From Amphiscolops sp. MND2022 (Eukaryota), in assembly GCA_964187785.1 (NCBI GenBank), contig OZ076409.1, positions 33,420,001-33,484,000 of the forward strand: 64,000 nt of DNA, written 5' to 3'. Positions 49,103-61,193 of the stretch are shown here, in pieces. The notes under the pieces are model-generated. The model was not told the DNA's origin and did no database searches. It was given only the letters and a program-made list of their open reading frames with translations. The number at the start of each line of letters is the position of its first letter. Positions within the stretch are counted from its first letter, which is position 1. A program made the translations under genes and the position numbers.

Positions 49103-50489
49103 TCACTGAATTTCTTTTTCAAATGAAACGTTATTGTTAAATTATTAAAGACAGTGTCCAAGACTGAAAGACAAAATTATTGAATTAATGGTAAAATGGA
49201 AGTACATATTAATAAATTTATATAACATTGAAACCCGTAACCTCTCCAACACTTCTTCATATATTCTGGATGCGCTATTTTATGTGATATTTCACCTATA
49301 AAGTGTCGTTTCAGTTTACTTTTATTAAATTCGATAGAAAATTTTCCCTTGAATAACATTAGCGGTAGGCTGCTCCACGGGGGTAAAACTCTCATGAAGA
49401 AGCTAATTTCATGAAAGCACTTTTTCCGTTGTCCGTGACTGCGTTTTTATCAGAGCAGTCGTTGTTTAATTTGAGCTCTTGAAAGCAGGTAGTAAGTTAT
49501 TCTGATTTTTCCAGAAGTAGGTGACTGCTTCGAGATCTAAAAAAATTCTGATCGGAAAGATATTGCGCTTCAATTTTAGATCAGTAGTGGATTAAAACTT
49601 TCCTCGGTTGAAACAAGCTTTTACACCCCAATTTAGTTGTTTCGCTAGGGATGTAATTAAAATTTGCAAAATTCCATTAGTTATTATTGCTGGATAATGT
49701 ATATGGCTAATTACAAGAGAGTTGAGTAGCAGTGGACATGTTTTATCTGGTAGAAACGATTTAATAGTAAAACGTTTTAATACCACATGCCATTCTCTTT
49801 AGCACATTTTTCACTTCATACTCATATGTCAAATTTTGATCCTAGTATATTCCAAAATATTTCACAAACGAAGAATGCTTTGTCAAATGATTTCTAACAC
49901 GGAGTATTAGGAGTTTTGTAGAATTGTAGTTTTATAGATCTTTTACAGAAAACAATGAAATCAGTTTTACTCTTGTTGAGGTTCAATCGATGCTTTCCAA
50001 AGTAGTCAACTAAGTTGGCAGCATTAGTTCCAAGTTGACTTATGGCAGTATTGAGACCTTCATTGGAGACAAATAGAAAGGTGTCATCAGCCCATTGAAC
50101 CAATTCACATGGTGTTTGGATTGCATTCTGCATACATTTAACAAATAGATTAAATAGAAGAGGACCCAGAACAGTACCTTGTGGAACACCCTGGTATAAA
50201 TCTATCCAATCAGAAGTTGTATTTTGGAGAACAACTTTTTGCGTTCTGTTACATGGGTAACTTTTTTAAATGAAGAAATAGCTACTTGATCGAACCCAAA
50301 TTTCTTGAACTTTTCCAAACGAAATTCATGAAAGATGGAATCGAAAGCTTTAGATAGATCGAGAGAAGCTGCAGCTAACATTTTGTTATTATCAGTATCA
50401 GATCTCATTTTTTCCGGAGCATACAAGAGAGCATCTGTTTTTCGAGTACTCTTGGCGTATGGCATCAGAAAAATTTCGTGGAGTAATTA

Positions 50490-50560
50490 GTCCACTTAGC
50501 ATAGTGGTTCAGTGTTTGCCTTCGAACCACATTGTGCGAGTTCGAATCCATGAATGGGCA
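50490..50560 (+). ncRNA. tRNA-like (Pol III type 2) cassette in BEL-2 5' LTR
   Basis: 71 nt; A-box TAGCATAGTGG, B-box GAGTTCGAATCC, partial acceptor stem GTCCACT/AATGGGC, CTTCGAA loop, downstream TTTTT. Confidence 0.6.
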
Positions 50561-53090
50561 TCTTTTTGTTTCTTTAACTTTGTTGTATCATTCACTTCGA
50601 TTGACCTCTAATTATTTGATCGTACTGTTGCTCATTTCTCATTTATAATATTTACCGATGCTCACTTCTTCATCCATCAAATGCTCAATAATGTAAACGC
50701 ATATAAACAACCTGCAGAAACCTTTTTGTTGCCCTCGGGTTGTAAGTGCCATTTATGTTTCCCAATACCCAGTCAACAACCAGTCGTCATACTTTCACTC
50801 TTCTTCTTTCATTTGTTTATCATACACACCGTCAATAAACGTTCTCAAATATAGATATCTTGCCTTGAGTCAAGACCCAAATCGCAATACTTTGAACTCT
50901 GTCTTTGAGTTCCTTCAAATTGCTTAGTTCGAACTCTTTCTTGAGTTTCCCCGTTGTAGCTTGAGAGCTACTCCGAAACATCGGTGACCTCGACGTGATT
51001 TCAACATCAGATGGTCCACGCAGTTCAGACGGCTCTGGTGGTGAGATGAAGTTGCCTCAGCTCAAGCGATCAAGAGGGGCTCATCGCAGCGTCTTCACTA
51101 GACGGGCAACAGCAATCCGGCAACCCGGTGGAGCGCACGAGGACTTTCAAGCCACATTGGAGTTCTTGATTGATCGTCGCAAGATGCTGACAGAGATGGA
51201 CTCTCAGCTTCAACAACTCATTGAAGACGAGTATGGGTTAGTAGCCGATGTGGGGGAAGCTGCTGACGTATTCATGGCAGCTGAAAGGGCAGTGAAGTGG
51301 TGTCAGGGCAAAATCAAGGAGACGCAGCCTCCAAGCACGAGCGTCGCAGTGGCTCCATCAAGTAGCAGTCTGACCATGAAGCTCCCCAAGTTGAACCTTC
51401 CTTCATGCAGCGTTGAATACACACAGTGGGTCTCTTTCTAGGACCAATTCACAAAAAACTGTTGGAATCGACGAACGAACAGGTGCAAGCACAAGAAGCT
51501 TTGAGGTTTCCCGTCAATCAATGGGAGGTAATACTAGTGTACTGGCTGCTGGAGAAACTAGATGCTGAATCAAGGAAGCAGTTTGAATCGGCTCATCCCG
51601 GCACAGATGTGTTATCATTCAAGTAGTTAACCACATTCATGGATAGACGAAGCCGCGCATTGGAAGCCAGTGGTGACCGGCCTGAGGTATCTACCCCAAG
51701 ACGACGCCCAAGAAGGTGCATCTCTCGCCTTATATGTGATGGTCAAAGTATATCAGATGATACACTTTGAAGCCGAGTTCAAAGCCTTCTCAAATGGTGA
51801 GTCAATCAACCCGGAGAGTTCAAAAGCATCCCCCTATCCATTCATGGACAATGGCGTCATCGGGGTTGGCGGCAGATTGGCCCACGGCTACTCAAGGACT
51901 GACGATCAGCGGTTCCCTTTACTGGTGTCACACCGAAGCAAACTCGCTACAATTGCACTCAACGATGCCCACAAACGAACCCTTCATGGTGGTCCTACAG
52001 TAACTGTGGCAGAGATGAGACGTCAAATCTGGGTCACTCAGGCAATAAGAAGGCGTCAGCGTGTGTCAAGAAGTGCGTCACGTGCTTCCGCTTCGATTCA
52101 AAGCCAACACAGCAGCTCATGGGTGACTTGCCTTCCAGTCGCATTGAGGTTCCCGACCATACCTTCTTTTGTATAGGCCTCGACTTCGCAGGACCTCCTA
52201 CATTCAAAAATGGAACTGAATGTGTCAAGGGTTACGTAGCTGTGTTTATATGTTTTGCTTCAGAGCAGTTCATCTAGAGTCATCATTGAAATCAGATGCG
52301 ATGGTGGCAGCCCTAAGACGATTCATTGCAAGACGAGGCATCCCCGGTCAAATTGTGTCCGACAATGCAACCAACTTCTTGGGTGCAAGGCGTGACCTCA
52401 ACGAATTGGAGAAAGTGGTTCGGGCAATGACACAATCATACCGCAGCAATGAATGCCTTTTCATTCCTCCTCGCTCACCCAACTTCGGTGGACTATGGGA
52501 AGCAGCGGTGAAGTCGATGAAGCACCATTTGCGTAGAGATTCCATTCTCAACTACGAGATAGCAACTATTCTTTGCCAAATAGAACAAGTATTGAACAAT
52601 CGTCCACTGATGGCTCTCACAAACAATCCAGATGACGCCTTTGCGATCAGTCCGTTGATGCTTGTCAATGGCAGCGAATTGGATGCTATTCCGCAACCCA
52701 GTTTGCCGAAGATGGATGCCCGAGGGCATCCAGTCAAACAATTTCGCAGTCTTCAACAGCTACTCTCTCAATTTTGGAAGAGATGGTCTTCTGAGTATGT
52801 TGCATCACTCCAACCTCGTAGCAAGTGGCGACAATAACGTGCAAATCTCTCAGTTCATCACAGACGATGGCATTCCACCACTGCAGTGAAATATCGGTCA
52901 ACTGATGCAACTGAAACTTGGTCACGACAGCTTAGCACGAGTGGCATTGGTGAGAACATTGCGCGGTGAGTTCACAAGGCCTGTCAGCAAGCTGAGACGT
53001 CTACCAGTTGAAGACAATGACCTCCACAATGCCCTCCACAACATTGAACGTCATGCACACAAGGAGAAGCAGCACGAGCGACAACGAAAC

Positions 53091-53177
53091 TGCGTGCTGT
53101 GGATTAGTGGCTAACGTTGACTCAACAGTGACCCATTAGATATCCGCCAGGTCGGGGGTTCGAGCCCTGCCCACGCC
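53091..53177 (+). ncRNA. tRNA-like cassette in BEL-2 3' UTR
   Basis: Acceptor-like stem GCGTG/CACGC, A-box GTGGATTAGTGG, T-arm GGGGTTCGAGCCC. Confidence 0.5.
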
Positions 53178-53393
53178 CCCACTCCTGCCTCAATGTGGCG
53201 AGTAGGTTCTATTTTCCTAGGGGAAATTAGATCTGGATTCTCAGATCTGGAGTCTTTTCTCACGGGGGTTGAAGGGGGGCGAGAGAGGAGGTTTAGTGTG
53301 TGAAGAAAAGAAAAGAAGCCAGCCATTATTTTGATTTTTTGCAGCCACACGCACCCTACTCAAATACCCAAAGTATAACCAATTCCCTTATGG

Positions 53394-53465
53394 ATGATGA
53401 TGGTGCAGTGGTAAACTCAATAATCCCTCATCAGAAGGTCTAGAGTTCGAATCTCCAAAACACAA
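53394..53465 (+). ncRNA. Second tRNA-like cassette in BEL-2 3' UTR
   Basis: A-box TGGTGCAGTGG (53401-53411) and T-arm AGAGTTCGAATCT at tRNA-like spacing. Confidence 0.45.
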
Positions 53466-53652
53466 AAATTTATTTTGTCCTCTTCAACTCAAACTTATGA
53501 TATTTGCTACTTGTATTATTCACGGGTGCTAGCCATTCATAATATTTCAAACTGTATTAGCACGAGTGCTAACCATATGTTCAATAAAGCTGGTACCTCA
53601 TGGCCGGCGGAATGTTGGCGTATGACATCAGAAATATTTCGTGAAGTAATTA

Positions 53653-53723
53653 GTCAACTTAGCATAGTGGTTCAGTGTTTGCCTTCGAACCACACTGCGC
53701 GAGTTCGAATCCATGAATGCGCA
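53653..53723 (+). ncRNA. tRNA-like cassette in BEL-2 3' LTR
   Basis: Copy of 50490-50560 with the same A/B boxes and T-run. Confidence 0.6.
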
Positions 53724-54475
53724 TCTTTTTGTTTCTTTATCTTTGTTGTATCATTCACTTCAATTGGCCTCTAAATATTTGATCGTACTGTTGCTCATTT
53801 CTCATTTATAATATTTACCGATTGATACACACTTATTCATCGATCAAATGCTCAATAATGTAAACGCATATGAACAACCTGCAAAACCTTTTTGTTGCCC
53901 TCGGGCTGTAAGTGCCAATTATGTTTCCCAATAACCAGTCAACAACCAGTCTTCATACTTTCACTCTTCTTCTTTCATTTGTTTGTCATACACACCGTCA
54001 ATAAACGTTCTCAAATATAGATATATCGCCTTGAGTCAAGACCCAAATCACAATAGTTTGAACTCTATCTTTGAGTTCCTTCAATTTTCTCAGTTGGAAC
54101 TCTTTCTTGAGTTTCCCCGTTGTAGCTTGAGGGCTACCCCGAAACAAGTACTTACTCTGGAACAAATGTTCATTTCGAAATGGTCTACGATTTGATTTCA
54201 AAGTACTTTTTCCAAAATTTTCGATAAGACTGGAGTTATTGATAAAGGTTTATAACTTTTGGGTTCTTCTGCGTACCATTTTTGTATATTGGTACTACAT
54301 GAGCTCTTTTAAGATGGTTTTGATTTTTTTCGTGTTCAAGAAATGCATTTATTAGGAATGCGTGTGGTTCAGCAATGATGTTTCGAGAGTCTTTGAGCGC
54401 CCATGCAGGTATATTAGATGGTCCAAGTGGTTTCTTTGTAATTAAGATCCTTACTAGTTTTTTTGCAGTCATACA

Positions 54476-54691
54476 GAGTTATCGGATGAAAACTGTAAGT
54501 TCCCGTTGTACACACGGCCCATCGCTACTGTTGATTGGACGGTCAAGCTAGATGCTGGGAAGACCTCTTTCGACACTTCGGCTGATTTGGCTAGAGGAAG
54601 TAAAGTCGTAACAAGGATTCCGTAGGGGAACCTGCGGAAGGATCAGTGTTGGACCAATTGGGTAGTTGGTCTCGATACAGCATTATGATCA
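54476..54691 (+). mobile_element. 216-bp insertion carrying an SSU rRNA 3' end, flanked by a 9-bp TSD
   Basis: AGTCATACA at 54467-54475 and 54692-54700. The LINE ORF2 peptide ..GPFHCMT | MTAKKLV.. rejoins when the insert is removed. Confidence 0.8.
54506..54645 (+). pseudogene. SSU (18S-type) rRNA 3'-terminal fragment (helices 44-45), divergent
   Basis: TTGTACACACGGCCCATCGCTAC ... AGAGGAAGTAAAGTCGTAACAAGGATTCCGTAGGGGAACCTGCGGAAGGATCA, matching the universal eukaryotic SSU 3' motifs with a few changes. Confidence 0.9.
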
Positions 54692-57610
54692 AGTCATACA
54701 ATGAAAAGGGCCTGACAAACCCGAGAGTTTAAAAAGCTCACTCCAATCTGATAGTTCATGTAATTGAACTCTCTCGGTAGCAACTGAGGATGGAACACTG
54801 ATTTCAGTGTGCTGAAAGTTCTGAAGGCTACCAACATGAGAGTTCATGGCCTCAGCTGAAAATGACTCGACACATTGCATTTGATCTTTAGTTTAGGAAT
54901 TACCTCTATCAAACCAATTGATCTTTAGCACACTTGTCATTACCCTTATGTTGAGTTTTTTGAAGCGGTGGGGTTTTGAACGATTCAGATAACAACTCAT
55001 CTGGTCTCCCGTCTTGAAACACAAAATGGCTTGTGATTATTGCTAGTTTCGGTGATACTCAACTCCCGAAAACAAAAGGGGTCTGTTTTACACCTGCAAA
55101 TTTTGGTAAATTTGGGATCGAAGAAATAATAAACGTTTCTTCTTTGAAAAATTTGCAGTGCCCTATAAAATCTCCCACTTTCGAAAATCTATATTTTGCT
55201 ACTTTTTTATCTGTAACAATATCACCAAAAACATACGGATTTTTTTGGATTTCTTTAATTGCGATCTAAATTAAGATTACGAATAAATTGTTGTATTTTT
55301 TCGTAGCTTAGGTCATTTGGATTCATTTTTTGCTCTATTTTTGTTATGAAGACGTTTGTTCTCAGTAGAAACCCACTTCTGATTATTGGTCAGATTGCTC
55401 TTATCATTGCGGATAAAGACTTTAGTTTTTGATATCGATTTACGCAAAGAACTTTCCTCGCTAATATTGAGAACATTCCCTCAGGACACGTTTGTCCCAA
55501 AAGCATCTCCAGTTACAATTAACAAATTAGTTTTGAAAAATTCTTTTTTATATGACTTTTCATTGTAGATTTCTTTCATGAAAACGTTCGACGAGGGTTG
55601 CTATTCGATGTTGCTTTTGCAGCAAGTCGCAAAATGATCAATTAGTTCATTAGTTGATGTACGGAAAGCGGTGTCAGATAAAAGTATTGAATAGGAATTA
55701 ATATTATAGTGATCCGTGATAATATAATCTATCAATGACCCCGATTTATTGCCTATTTTGGTTGGTTGATCAGTATTGATTGTTGTTAACTCAAATGGCA
55801 ATATAACAGTCTCGAGATCTTCCCTATCACTTTGGTTCAAATGATTTTTATTGTAATCACCCATCATTGTCAGTGGTTTATTTTCGACTATTGCATGATC
55901 TATATTTATGGATAATTCTTCAAGAAATTGATGGTAATATGCTCTTTTTGGATTGTAGCTACCATTAATCAATTGCTTCTGCTTATTGGAAGAATTATCA
56001 TTCAAAGTGCATTCGATCCGAAGGCTTTTCGAAGAGTTCTTTATTCAATGAGTTTAAATCGTTGCACGTTTTAGGATTAAGGCATGCAGGAATTATTAGC
56101 ATTTCTCCTCCACATTTTCTCTATTGCGTGCTTCTCTATCAGTCCGAAATGTTTTGAAATGAGTTGAGCTCATTTGCCATAAATTTTGGTCATCGTTTTT
56201 TCTTAACCAAGACTCTGGAAAACCAAAAATGTTGTTCGCACATAGTTCTTGATGAGATTTTCGAGTGTCGTTTTTTTAGGTAAGCTTTGTCCTTTTAGGT
56301 GGAAAAACCTCAAACTCCTATTATTCTTCTTGAACGAGGTTGTTAAATACTTGATGTTCATTTGAGGTCCTGGGTTTATTCAAAGTCCCCGCTGAAAAAA
56401 GTTTCCATTGAAAAAACATGTTCAAGGTGGTTCGCAATCTCAAAAAGAAGGAATTACTTGACTCTCTAATTGATGTTTGTTTCGAATTTTTCTAAGAGAG
56501 GAACGTTTGTTTTAATTAGTGGAGATTCTAAGGATGTCAAGAAATAATTATGCTTAAAATGCTTGACATGCACTTGGATTTTAGTTCGTACCTCATTGGG
56601 GATTGTTCGTTCATTGGTTGCACGGGCATTTCTTTTGATACTTATCGAATAATTTTTAGACCAAACATAATGAAAACCTTTGGGCTTTTTTCACATTTTT
56701 GGGTTAGGAATGCCCGTGCTCTGATTGAAGTTGAACATCATTCAATGCAGTTATCACACGTCGCTCATATAGTGGAATGTGGTCAGTGGCTGATGATGAT
56801 AGTACTGATATTGGTTCCTGTGTATATATTTCGGGTAATTTGTACTTTGTTTCCAACAACTTGAATTTGGACGATAGTAGGTAGTATTGATTCGGGGCAA
56901 TTTATTAGAATACCAGGTGATGTATTTCCTAGGAACGGAAAGCCCAGCTGAAAGTTGAAGTGAATGTCATCGAAGTATTGAGTTCCGGATTTTGAAGGAT
57001 TTTACTTGCTTGTTCAAATCGATTGTTTGAATATTTTCACTATCTCCATTAATGCTCATGTAAAAATAGTTCGACTCCTCAATTCTAATCTTAGTGATTT
57101 TGCTCCTCTCATAAAATTGCAGTGGTGGAGTCTCACACAGGAATACATTTTTCGGCTCGAATTTCTGGATGGCTTCTGTTACAAGAGGTTGGAAGTTTTC
57201 GAATAATTCTGAAATATTCTTCTCCCGATTTTTGAGAATTGTATTTGTTCCGTCTTGAATCGTCAAAGGTTGAAAATGCCTTTCCACCACGTAATCACGT
57301 TGAAATTCAAGTTTTTGACTACTAGTAGATGCCGAATAGGCATCAACTTGTACATCTCCGGGCAAGGATTTATTGGGCATTCGCTTTATGATACTGAACC
57401 AAAAATCAACTTTTCGATATTGCTGTTGACTGGCAGGGGTTCATTGGTATTACTAACTGTTTTGGTGACTGTTCGTTTCGTGCTGGTTTTTTGTCTTCAC
57501 TAGCTTCTTTATTCTCTGTAGAAAAATTGAAAGTTTTAACTAACAATTGATTGGTGTCGTCCATTCTTGCTAACCATTGGGTAAGTAGCATCTTCAGAAA
57601 ATCGTGGTCG

Positions 57611-58016
57611 TTTTTTATTTGGCGCTTTTCAAGAGAAAAGAGTCGACTATAGTCATGCTTTTCGTCAGTGTTTTTTAAGACCACCTGAACTGACCAAAAT
57701 AGTTCTACCAAAAGTTATACAAAATTTCAAAATTCACCTGTTGGCCCAGGGAACAGAACCAAAAAGTTTCCCGCATAACATACAATGCCGGACGAGACCA
57801 AAGGGTCCCCCCTTTCAGTTTTTTTCGGCATTGCGAGACTTTGTTTCTGGAAAAAAATTTTCCCCAAAGTGTCCCCCCTTTCAATTTTTTTCGGCGTTGA
57901 GACTTTTTTCAAAAAAACATTTTATTGCTGTAGAAGAGAATACTTTGAAACTTTGATGTCCTTTTGCTATTTTGAGCCTTGGATATGGCGCCGATTTGGG
58001 ACGGTTCCGGCTTGTT
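57611..58016 (+). mobile_element. Family A element nested in LINE ORF1
   Basis: 5' TTTTTTATTTGGCGC; AAGGGTCCCCCCTT units; 3' GGCGCCGATTTGGGACGGTTCCGGCTTGTT. Confidence 0.75.
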
Positions 58017-59979
58017 GCTTTTAAAGGTCGGTGTATATCGAATATGATTTTTTATTCAATTTCTCATAGGTTTCAAAAGACAACATTGTCTATAACTGTT
58101 GTGATGATTGTTCGTTTCAAAGCACAGGCACAATGTTTTCTTTTTTCATGAAGAACTTCAGATGCGACTGTGTATAAACAAATCATGCGCGATTCTTGCG
58201 CGACGTGAAAACAAGCACTCGAAAGAGGAGACAAAAATGAATAGGGCAAGGACGAGCAACCAGATTTATCCTATCGTGAGCAAGTTACTTTTAAACCTCA
58301 GCTTCCAGCTGACGTTTGCCTAACCATTTGGTTGCAATTACGATATTGTAAATTGCTTCGGGGAGATAGTTTTCGCAAAAAGCACAGTTTTTTTAAAGCA
58401 GAATTACTTGTTATACCTCTGCCCCGCTGAGTTGCTGCAATGAACTTTGTTTTTTTTCTTCTCGACTTATGACTGTTTAATGAAATCAACTTAATGTTTT
58501 TTGGATGTTTCTTCGGGCATGAGTGTCCATAAAAAACAACCACTAATCATTGAGCTTCTTGACTTTTAGCTACTTATGATTTATTTAGCTACTTATATAA
58601 AAGTATGGCGATGCATATGAAAAAAAAAACGGAAATGAAAAATGTCAAAAATATGAAAGATATGCTCAAGTCTCAAAACACAATCTCAGCTAGAATGGTT
58701 TGGGGCGGAAAATATCGAATTGTAGTAGTTTGTCTCAGGCAAAAAAACGGTTAGAAGTTCAGCTTCGGCTTTTTCCATCTCAGGACTCCGCAAGCGAACT
58801 TAGGCGAATGAGCAATTCTACCATTCTGCTGAAGAAGACATTTGACCCCGTGCAAAAATGTTCTTCACAAAAATAGTCTTTCACATCTTTCCTTTTTTCT
58901 GAAACAAAAAATTTTCAAAAGCTCTCCCCTTTTTTCCCTTTGGATGTCTAGTTAAAACTCTTCTGAGCACTCTTTTAAAAAAACAAAGAATTAAGAACTG
59001 AGAAATGAATCAAGTTTTTGGTCAACAGCACATTGCTGCTGCTGAAACTGTCAGAATCTGTTGTTTTTGAAACTAGAGCAACAAGCTGCGGCATCTTAGG
59101 TGCTTTGATCAAAATGTTTTCCATGGAGGTATTTTGTTATTTTTCTCTATTTTTGATATGCTTGCCCTCTTTGAGCTTCTGGCACATGTCGTAATCTTTT
59201 TACATGCTGAAAAACCGTAGATATCCCGAACGCCTCCTATTTTTACAAAAACGTTTTCGGTATCTTAGAGTATAACAAAAGCAAATTTAAAGTACGCTCT
59301 CAGTGGAAACTGGAGCGGAAAATTCTTTACCATCAACTTTGAATGCATATTGAAGAAATCTTCTTGTTATGAAAATTCGTAGCTTGTTCAACGTTTCTCA
59401 TTGTCAAAGCGAGAAATGTAAAACTAGGCATTTTCACAGTTCGTCAAAGGTTTCCCAAAAGATTTTTGAATTTTTGTTCCAATAAAAAGAAATTTGTCAG
59501 ACCTTTGTCTTAATTTTCATCACAGGGTATTGGATCAAAGCGTCCATGGTTTCAAAGAAACCTGACAGTCTTTGAAAAAATTAATGCCTGAATTTTTCAT
59601 CCCCAAGTCTTACATAATTGTCCCTTCATAAAAGTCTCAAGCATGTTCCCGTATTTTAAAAATATAATGAATTATTTCAAGGCTTCAAAAACTAAATAGA
59701 ACGTGGGACAAATTAATCTTTTGGTTCCACGTACACTTCAGAACAAGCGTCTTCTGAGGAGACATTTTTTTGATATCGAGGTCTTTTCATCGTACTTCTA
59801 AACTTTTTCTGAAAAATTTTCTTGAACATTGATGGAAATGTTCTGAATGTTCACAGAAGTTACTATCATTTGTCTAGTTTTCATTTAATTTAACAGAAAG
59901 AACATTCAAATTAAATGTACACGATCGAATTTACAGTTCGATAGCCAAGTTTTCAACACCATATGGTGATTTTCAACAC

Positions 59980-60143
59980 CATTACCGATGATGATTTTCA
60001 AGATGCATAGATGATGAAAAATTTTACGATGTTTCAATCGGACTCTAAACGTTAATGTGAATTCACATTAACGTTTAGAGTCCGATTGAAACATCGTAAA
60101 ATTTTTCATCATCTATGTATCTTGAAAATCATCATCGGTAATG
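59980..60143. repeat. Near-perfect palindrome, 82-bp arms, no spacer
   Basis: Centred on GAATTC (60059-60064); one mismatch seen between the arms. Confidence 0.95.
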
Positions 60144-61193
60144 CCTCGAATTGAACTGAAATGAATTGTTTGGATGGCATAAAACACTCCTGTCCAAATT
60201 GATTGGAAAACATTTTCTGATTGTATTATTGCACTGAAATTCAATTACTCTGATGAGAAAAAATAGGTGGAATGCATCGTATTTATTAACCCTTGATGTA
60301 TTCAAAGTTCAATAACCTTATAATCTAATAAACTGGGCATATTTAGATATAATTAAATTACCATCATTTTTTTCTGCTGGGAAGACAACCAGTTTCCATA
60401 AACGGATGCATATCGCTCACACTGGTAGTTCAATAAATCTAAAACTCACAAAATTCTGATTTTCCAAACTTTTCCAGTCTTCAATTCCAGCACTTTTCCA
60501 AGATTTAATGACCGGAAAGAAAAATCACTATGCGTCCAAAATTAGCAAAGTGGATTATTATTGGTGCGCAATTCACTTGCCAACAACACAAGAAACAAAT
60601 TTGGCATTTCCTAAGTGACGTAATCTTTTCGATTTTGCCAGTTTTTATCTGCCTTGTCAGCACTGAGGGGCTCAAGAGTTCATTCGATTAGCTGAGTACA
60701 CGTGCAAGGACATATTATGCGCAAATATGGGCTCATAAATGTCACAAAATGCTCCACTAAATATGTCGAAATCTATTGGATTGCCAACACAAATTCCCAA
60801 AGTTTCCTGATTTATTGTACTTGCTATAAATTTAGAAAATTGAAAAATTAGATTAGATTAATCACCTTCACGTATCAAGTACATTTGAATTAATTCCTCT
60901 CCTATCTGATTTTCTATGACATTTCAAATGACAGTCCAGTCGCCATATATGGTATTTTATTTGTCTCGTTGAACAAATTCAAGGTACTCAAAAAATTACT
61001 ATTCCTGCAACGTTTTTCGTGTTGACTTGCCTGACAATATAATCAATTTTCAGATTAAAAAATCCATTAATTTCGTGGTTTACACCACGTAACAACGCAC
61101 AGACAGACTGACAACAAAAGGTTGAAAAATTGGCAGCAAATCTTGGTTCGGCCAAGTTGTTCACATGTGAATAATTTTTATAAGTTTTAACCT

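Larger units (their letters stand above)
50450..54146 (+). mobile_element. BEL/Pao LTR retrotransposon (BEL-2), internally deleted, inserted in LINE RT
   Basis: LTRs 50450-50980 and 53613-54146, perfect TSD AGTAC, PBS TCGGTGACCTCGACGTGAT (tRNA-Trp-like). Gag N-terminus (KLPKLNLP) and integrase (HGGPT, RFIARRG, SDNATNF, PNFGGLWEAAVK) remain; protease, RT and RNase H are absent. Confidence 0.93.
49130..58240 (-). mobile_element. Decayed CR1/L2-type LINE (SGNH esterase-like ORF1, APE-RT ORF2) interrupted by three insertions
   Basis: ORF1 LTIQDGTN..VFLCETPP (56967-57380); APE GSYNP/MGDYN/GSLIDYII (55601-56005); RT KKPLGPSNIP..AHVVPIYK (54236-54472), LDLSKAFDSI, GVPQGTVLGPLLF, QWADDT (49894-50449). 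Outer limits approximate. Confidence 0.85.

Noticed and set aside
50490..50560. Bona fide tRNA-Arg(TCG) gene
   Set aside because: Anticodon and T stems pair poorly; kept only as a tRNA-like cassette.
54506..54645. Functional rRNA gene or rDNA unit
   Set aside because: Only ~140 nt, with substitutions in universal motifs and no upstream 18S or downstream 5.8S.
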